Both the position numbers and the translations under genes were made by a program. 64,000 nucleotides of DNA from an uncultured Pseudomonadota bacterium (GTDB lineage Bacteria > Pseudomonadota > Gammaproteobacteria > Burkholderiales > SG8-39). The stretch covers positions 82,684-146,683 of the forward strand of contig CAILKO010000008.1 of assembly GCA_903834835.1 (NCBI GenBank), read 5' to 3'. Positions 10,101-19,100 of this stretch are shown here, in pieces (within the stretch, counting starts at the first letter, position 1; each line of letters opens with the position of its first letter). The notes under the pieces were generated by a model that saw only the letters and a list, made by a program, of their open reading frames with translations, did not search any database and was not told the DNA's origin.

Positions 10101-13100
10101 CTTGTCGGGGCGACCACCTCGGGTACCGCGACGACGACGCTTCGGCAATTTACAAACGGCACGCAGATTGATCTCGGTGGACCAGGCGCCAATGGCACTG
10201 TCCTCGGTATTTCGTCCCCTGAGCTGGACACGATTACCGCGGGCATGATCAAGATCGGCAACTCGAATACGGGCGACGTCACGGTCACCTCGGCGATCGC
10301 CCCCACGGGAACAGGCACGCTCTCCATCCAGAGCGGAACGACGATTTCGCAGAACAGCAACCTGGCCACGATCACCGAAACGAATCTCGCGCTCCGCGCG
10401 GTGACGGGGATCACGCTGACGGCTAACGGCAGCAGCACCGCTGGCGAAGGCAATACCGTAGATAACCTCGCGGCGATCACTTCGGGTGCCGCAGCGATCA
10501 ACTTCCGCAACAACGCAACCATGACTGTCGGCACGATCGACAGCGTCGATGGCGTAAGCACGGCGAACGGCGCGATCGGCATCACGGTCGCGGGCAATTC
10601 CGCCGGCGCAACCAATCTGCTCGTCGACCGCGTGCGCGCGGGTACGACAACTCCGGGCGGAACGATCACCCTGACCGCGTCGAACGCCGGTGCGGGCGCG
10701 GCGAATATCTTCGAAGCGCCGCTCGGCGGTGGTACGGGCGATGTCGCAATCGATATTCAGACCTCCGGTTCGATGGTGCTGGATGCCAAGACCGCGATCG
10801 GTCAGCCCGTGGGAACGGCAGCCGAGGCGATCGAAATCTCGGCCGGCACGCTCACGCCGAATAGCGGCGCAGGCGGCGTATACCTGACACAGACAGGCGA
10901 TGTCACGCTCGGCGCATTCACGACCAACGGCGATTTCGCCTTTACCGCGATCGGTACCGTGACGGTTGGCGGCGCGATGCGCGTGGACGGCAACACCACG
11001 CTGAAGGCGCAGGGTACGAGCGCCGACGTGATCATCTCGAATGCGATCACACGTGTGAATGACGCTGCGGGCAGCTTCACGATGCAGGCGGACCGCAATA
11101 TCGTGTTCAACACGGCCAGCACGAATCCCGGAACGACGGTAGGTTCCTTCACAGCCCAGAACGCTACGGGTAGCGGTGCGGGCGCAACGGCAGTCACCTT
11201 CAATGCGGACCGTGATGCGCTCGGCGGCGGTGCCATCTACGTGAATGCGGGCAGTACGATCGACAGCAACAATGGCGCAGTGATTCTGGGTGGCGGCCTC
11301 AGTCCGTCCACGGTGGCTGCAATCGGTAATGCCGCAACATCGGGTACCAATGCCATCCTCGGTACTTCAGGCAACTCGATGGTCAATGGCATCACGATCG
11401 AGGGCCAGATCCTCGCAGGCACCGGCAACGTAACGCTGACCGGGCAATCCAAGGTGACCAGCGCGAACGTCGCAGGCGTGGTGATCCGCGACGGCGGCAA
11501 TGCGGGTGTGCCGACTCAAATACTGACGACAACCGGCAACATCACGATCAACGGTGTGGGTGACCAGGGCGCGGGTAACACGCAAGGCGTGCTGATCGAC
11601 GGCGTGAGCGGCACGGCAACAACGACCGCTACGGTCCAGACGACCTCGGGCACCATTGCGATCACGGGGTCGCATAACAGCCCGGTGACGTTGGCTTCGA
11701 ACGCGGGCGTGCTGGTGACCGGGGGTGCGGTTATCAGCAGCACCTCGAATTCGAATACGGCAGGTGCTGTGACGCTGACAGGTACGGGCGGCGCAGGTTC
11801 CGGGAACTTCGACAATGGCGTCGTAATCACGGGCACCAGTACCGTAGTTTCCGTAGACGGCGCGGCGCTGAACCTGGTGGGCACGGGCGGCGGCGGCGGC
11901 GCCACGGGTGGCGCTTCGAATGTCGGCGTGCAGATCGCCGGCGCGGCAGATGTGAAGTCCATCGGTTCGGGCAAGGTCACGCTGACCGGCACGGGTGGCG
12001 CCACCAATGGCGGCGGCAACCTGGGTATCGAAGTCACCGGCACCAATACCCAGTTGCGCAGCACGTCCACGGGCGCCACGGCACTCCGTGTGGATCTCGT
12101 CGGTACGGGCGGTGCAGGCAGCGGCGCCGCAGACGGCGGTATCCTGATCGACAGCAGTGCGCAGGTTTCAACCGCAACCGGCAATATCGCCTTCACGGGT
12201 ACGGGCGGGGGCGGCGGCGGGGCCGATGCGAGCAACGTAGGTGTGACGGTTGCCAACAGCGCGAAGGTCACGACGACAAGCTCGGGCAGTGTCGCCATCA
12301 CGGGCACTGGCGGGGCGTCCAATGGCGGAACCAACTACGGTATCGCCGTGCTGAGCGCAGGGCAGGTCGAAAGCACGCAGACTGTGGCCGGAGCGGGAAC
12401 GATAACCTTCACGGGCACGGGCGGTTCGGGAACCGGCAACACGGACGCCGGTATCCTCGTGAACGGCTCGGGCACCAAGGTGACCACCACGGTCGGCAAC
12501 ATCACCTTTACCGGCACGGGCGGTGCGGACACCACGGGCACAACGAACCACGGCATCGTCGTCGCGAACAGCGCGATCGTCGAAACCAAGGGCGTCGCGC
12601 AGGTAACGCTCGATGGCACGGGTTCCGTTACCGCGAACGGCGGCACGAACTACGGCATCCTCGTGGACAGCAGCGGAACCGTGCGCAGCACCGGGTCCAC
12701 GCTTACCGGCACCTCGGGCAAGATCACGCTGATCGGCAGCGGTGGTCTGGGCACCGGCTCCGATGACGGCGGCATACGCATCGCGAACGCCGGTTCGGTA
12801 CGGACCAAGGACGCGGAAATCGAGTTCCAGGGTTTCGGTGGCACCGATACGACCGGAGGCGCGAGCTACGGCATCGTGCTCGATGGCGGCATCGTCTCAA
12901 CGACCGGCGACGGTTCGATCCTGCTGACCGGAGTGGGCGGCGCGGCGGCAGGCGGCGCCAATACGGGTATCAGCACACTTAACAGCGCACTGATCGAGAG
13001 TACCGCCGCGAACGGCGTCAACCCGGCAGGCACGATCACCCTTGCGGGTACGGGCGGCGCGGCGGATGCCGGACCGGGCGATCACGGTATAGCCATCACC

Positions 13101-16100
13101 GGAACGAGCACGGTCAGTTCCAAGGACGGCGCGATCGCCATCACCGGCATCGGCGGGCCGCTTGCGACCACCACCGGCGGATCGAACAACGTCGGGGTCA
13201 TCGTCTATACCGGGTCGGAAGTGAAGAGCACGGGGCTCGCCGTCATCGGTATCACCGGCACGGGCGGGGACGGCACGAACCAGAACCGCGGCGTGCAGAT
13301 CGACGTCGGCGGCAAGGTCACGGGCACCAGCACCAGCACCGGCAATATCACGATTACCGGTACGGGTACGGGCACGGGCACGGACAACTACGGCGTGCAC
13401 ATCACGTCGAACACCGCGGCCGCTTCGGTAATTTCCTCGGCGGGCACGGGTGCGATCAGCATCACCGGTACCGGTTCCTCGACCGGCACGAGCGACAACG
13501 TCGGCGTCGCGATCTCCAACACGACGGCGGGTGTCACCGGCTCGAACGCGGGTTCGCAGATCACGACGGCGCAGACCGGCGGCATCACCATCACCGGTAC
13601 GGGCCGCGGCACGACCAGCAACAACTACGGCGTGAGCATTGGCGGGGCGGCGCTCGTTTCGACCGCAGGCAACGGAACTGTCGCAATCACCGGTACGGGC
13701 AGCGCAACCGGCACCTCGGGCAACGCAGGCATCCTGCTCGCCAGCGACGCGGACATCACGTCGACCAAGTCCACGGCGGGCGCGGGCACGCTGACACTCA
13801 CCGGTACGGGCGGTGCGGGCAGCACGACGGACAATGCCGGTATCGTCATAACCGGCGCCGGTACGAGCATCGTTTCCTCAGTGGGCGCGATCGCCGCCAC
13901 CGGTACGGGCGCAGGCACGGGTGCCTCGGGCTACGGCGTGGCCCTTGCAAGCGGCGCGAAGATCCAGTCGACGAATACGGCGACGATCGGCGTAACCGGC
14001 ACGGGCGCTAACACCGCAGGCAACCTGCAGCAGGGCGTGCGCGTCGATGGCGCCACGATCACCACCGTCTCCGGCGACGTCACACTCGCGGGTGTGGCAA
14101 ACGGCTCGGGCACGGGCAGCGCTGGCGTGCTGATCGCGAATACAGGCAAGGTGGAATCGACAGGTTCCGCCGACCTCTTCATCACGGGCACGGGCGCCAA
14201 CGGCGCACCGGGCATCGCGAGCAATGACGGCACGACCACGGTCGGCACGAACACCATCGGCAGTGCGACGATGACCGGCGACGTGCTGCTGCGCAGCCTC
14301 GCCGGCACCGGCATCGCATTGACCAACGTGAACATCGTGACCCAGGCCGCAACCCCGGGTGCGGATGTGACGATCAATCTGGTCGGTGGGGGTAATGCCG
14401 TCCAGGTGACCAATTCGGGCAGCATCGTCGCCAGCGGCCTGCGCATCATCAACGACAGCACGACGAGCGCAGTCACGCTGGATTCGACCAGCAACAACGT
14501 CAACTTCCTCGCGGCCAACCTGACCGGGCTTGCCAGCACGCTCAGCTACACGGATTCGACGGGCTACGCGATCTCGACGCTCACCACGGACCATGACGCG
14601 AATTCGGGCAATGCGGACACAAGCACGAGCGGCCTGACCGTAGGTACGGTCGGGACCACGGCCAACACGATCCAGCTCACCGCAGGAGCCGCCGTCACGC
14701 AGAGCACCGCGTCGGACAACGTCACGACGGATGGGTTGAATCTGCTTGGCGCAGGCAACTACACGCTGACCAACATCGGCAACAACATCACGGTGCTGAA
14801 CGGCAACGTGACGACCTCGGGCACGAGCTTCATCAAGTTCACTGATACGAACAGCGTTGCAATCCAGCGTGTCGTCACGCCGCAGGCGGCGGGCAACAAC
14901 GTCACGATCACGGCGGGCGCGGGCGGCAGCGGCAGTATCACGGACTTCACGCCGGCCGGAACCGAAGGTTCCGGGAACGAGAACATCGTCACCCACACCG
15001 CCATCCTCAGCGCAGCGAGCGGCACGATCGGCGCCGCGACCGCCGATCCGGATCTCGACACGGATGCAGTGGTGCTGCGTGCGGCCACCACCGGCGCTGG
15101 CAATGGCATCTACATCACGGAAACCAACGACGTCCAGCTGGGCGACGCGACGAGCGGCATCAGTGCGGCCGGCGATCTTGTGATTTCGACCACGGCAGGT
15201 TCGATCACTACGACCACGACCGCCGCGAGCAGCATCGCCTTCGGCGGCAACGCGACGATCTCGGCCGGCGGCACAACCTCCGACCTGACGATCTCGACGA
15301 ACGTCGTCGGTACAGGCTCGGCGGGCAATACGCTGCGGCTGAACGCGGACAACAGTATCTTCGTCAATACCGGCGCGGATGTCAGCACCACCAACGCGAT
15401 GAACGTGGTGTTCAATTCCGACTTCGACGGCAGCGGTGCGGGCCGCATCAAGATCGGCAGCACGGCGGGCGGCGACGCAGGCAGCGTGATCACGAGCAAC
15501 GGCGGCAACATCACGCTCGGCGGTGGCAACGTCAACCCGGCGCTGAATGCTGCGCTCGGCACCTCGACGACCACCGCAGGCGTGGAACTCAGCAATGGCG
15601 CGCAACTGCAGGCCTCGACCGGGAATATCTCGATCCGCGGTCAGAGCGCGTCGGGCACCACGACTGTAGCCGGCGGCGGGGTCAACGTTCTGGGTGGCAG
15701 CATCGTCCAGACGACCACGGGCAGCATCACGATCGACGGCAAGGTCGATACCGCAGCCGGAACCTCGGCGGGCGTGCAGCTTGATGGCACGAACACCAAA
15801 GTGACCTCCGCGACCGGGAACATCGGGATCACGGGTTCGCACCTGGGTACGGCGACGGGTACGTTCAACCGCGGTATCGTCATGACGACCAACGCGGCGG
15901 TCGAGACCACCGGCTCGGGCACGGTGACGCTCACCGGCACGGGCGGCACGGGCGCGAGCGCGACCGACAACTACGGTATCCAGATCGCGAGCGGTGCGGA
16001 CGTCATCTCCTCGCAGGCAACGGCGGGCGCCGGCACGCTGACCCTCACGGGTACCGCGGCGGCCACGACGGGCGCGAGCAACGTGAACCTCGGCGTCTTC

Positions 16101-19100
16101 GTCACGGGCGCGGGCACGACGGTCACCTCGAAGGTGGGCGATGTCGCCATCACCGGTACCAGCAACGCGACCGGCACCGGCCAGTACAACATCGGCGTGC
16201 TTGTGGCGAACGATGCGATCGTCTCGACGACCGGCGTCGCAAACGTGACGGTCACCGGTACGGGCGCAGCAAGCACCGGCAAGAACGACTACGGCGTCGC
16301 GATTCTCGCTGACGGCAAGATCCGCAGCACGGTGGCGACCGGCAGCCTCGCACAGGGCACGATCACGATCAGCGGTACGGCGTCCGGTTCCGGCAATTCG
16401 GATGGCGGCGTCGCGCTTGGCAATGCGGACGGTCTTGTCACCGCCTCCGCTACAGGCGGCGACATCTCGTCCGTGGACGGCGCGATCAGCGTCACCGGTA
16501 TCAGCAACAGCACGGGTCTGAATGCCTACGGTATCGGCGCGAAGGAGAATTCCTCCATCACCTCGACCGGCATCGCGACCACCAGCCTGATCGGTACGGG
16601 CGGCACGGGCGCCTCCGGCACGAACTACGGCGTCTGGGTCCTCGATACTTCCGACGTCGTCAGTTCGGGTTCCGGCGCCACGACAATCACCGGCACGGGC
16701 CGCGGAACGGGCAACAGCAATACGGGTGTGGTGATCTCCGATGCGGGGACGACCGTCACGACGGTTTCCGGTCTGCTCACGATTGGCGGCACCAGCAACG
16801 CAACCGGTAGCGGCACAACCAACCGCGGCGTGTTGATCACCACGGCGGCCGATGTCATCAGCACCGGCTCGGGCAATATCGTCATCACGGGTACGGGCGC
16901 CACGACAGCCGGCAACAGCAACGAAGGTCTGACGATCGAATCCTCGGGCACCTCGGTGGACAGCCAGGGCACCGGCCTCATTACGCTGACCGGTACCGGC
17001 AACGGTACGGCCTCCGGCAACGTCGGCGTGGTCGTCAACACGACGGCACTCGTCACCTCTGTGACCGGCAACATCGGTATCACGGGCACCAGCGCGGCGA
17101 CGGGTACTGGATCGACCAACCACGGCGTGGATATCCTGGGCGGCGGCGATGTGACCAGCACCGGCGCGGCGAAGATCAACATCGTCGGCACGGGTGCGGC
17201 GACGAGCGGCTCGGGAAGCTACGGCGTGCTCGTGACCGGTACCGGATCCTCGGTGCAGAGCACTGCGAACAACGCGGCAGCGACCATCACGATCAGCGGT
17301 GACGGCTTCGGTACGGGTGGCTCGGCGAGTGGTGTCGTAGTCGAGAGCAGTGCGCTCGTGACGTCGCTTACCGGCAACATCGGCATTACCGGCGACAGCA
17401 AGGTCACGACGGGCTCCGGCAACAATAACTACGGCGTACATGTTGCAAGTGCAGCCGATGTCACGACAACCGGGGCGGCGACGATCACGCTGACGGGTTC
17501 TGGCGGCACGACTTCCGGCACGAACAACGAGGGTGTGTATATCCAGGGCACCGGCACGCCGGGACAGACGACCGTGACGAGCAGCGCAACGACCGGCGGT
17601 ACGATCACGATCGGCGGCACGGCGCGTGGCTCGGGCGGTACAGAGCGCGGCGTGGTGGTCGATGCGGGCGGTCTGGTTCAGTCGAAGGACGGCGCGATCG
17701 CGATCACCGGCACCAGCAGCGCATCGGCGGGTAACAACAACGTCGGTATCGTCGTTGCAAGCGGCGCGGACGTGATCAGCACGGGCATTGCGACGATCAA
17801 TCTGACGGGTACGGGTGCAGCAACGACCGGAACCGACAACTACGGTGTCTACCTGGCGGGTAATGCTTCTGCAGGCGGCACCTCGATCGACAGCCAGGCC
17901 AGTTCCTTGGGCGGCGCGATCACCATCGGCGGCACCGGGCAGGGTACGGGCGGCACCGAACGCGGCGTGTTCATGGACAGCTCCGCGCGCGTGACATCGG
18001 TGAGCGGCAACATCGGGATCACGGGCACCAGCTCCGCGACCGGCGGCAGCAACAACTCGGGTGTCGTCATGGCCACCAACGCCGATGTCATCACCACAGG
18101 TACGGCAAACGTCTCGATCACCGGCAACGGCGGGAACGTGGCCGCGGGCAGCAATCAGTACGGCATACAACTGCTCAGTGGCGCGGATGTGAAGTCGACC
18201 GGCAGTGCGGTCGGTTCGGGCACGATCCTGCTCGACGGCAACGCCGGCGCCGGCACCGACGACAACATTGGTGTGTACCTGACCGACATCGGTACGAGCG
18301 TCACCTCCGTACGCGGCAACATTACGCTTCTCGGTGATGCGGCCGTCGGCGGGACGCCGGGTACGGGCAACCGAGGGGTGGCGATCGAAAACACCGCTCT
18401 GGTTTCCTCGACCGCCCAGGCGAATATCGTTGTCACGGGAAATGGTGCGGCGGGTACGGCTGCCAACTACGGTATCCAGCTCGCGAACGGCGCGGACATC
18501 ACATCGTCCAGTACCGGGACCATCACGCTCACGGGTACCGGCGGCGCTGGCAGCGGAAATAACAACTTCGGTGTCGAAATCCAGAGCACGGGTACGACCC
18601 TCACCGCGGTGAACGGCAACGTGACGATCACGGGCACGGGTGGCGGAAGCGCGGCGACGACCAACAACTACGGCGTGAACGTGGAAGGCGCAGCCCTCAT
18701 CGAGACGAGCGGCACCGCGAGCATCGGGATTACCGGTACGGGCGGCACGACCACCGGCGGCAGCAACTACGGTGTCCGGGTTTCCGACGCAAGCACGACG
18801 ATCAGGAGCACGGCCACCGGCGGCAATATCACGATCACGGGCGATGGCAAGGGTTCGGGCGCATCCGAAACCGGCATCCGCGTCACGACCAGCGCGCTCG
18901 TCACGACAGTGGGCGCGGGCAACCTCGCCCTGGTCGGTACGGGTTCGACGACCGGCACGGGTACCAACTACGGTATCCAGGTTGACGGCGGGGCGGACAT
19001 CACGTCGACGAAGGCCACGGCGACGGCCGGGACGATTACGCTGACGGGGACGGGTGGCGGAACGACCGGCAGTAACAACTACGGTGTGTTCCTGACCGGA

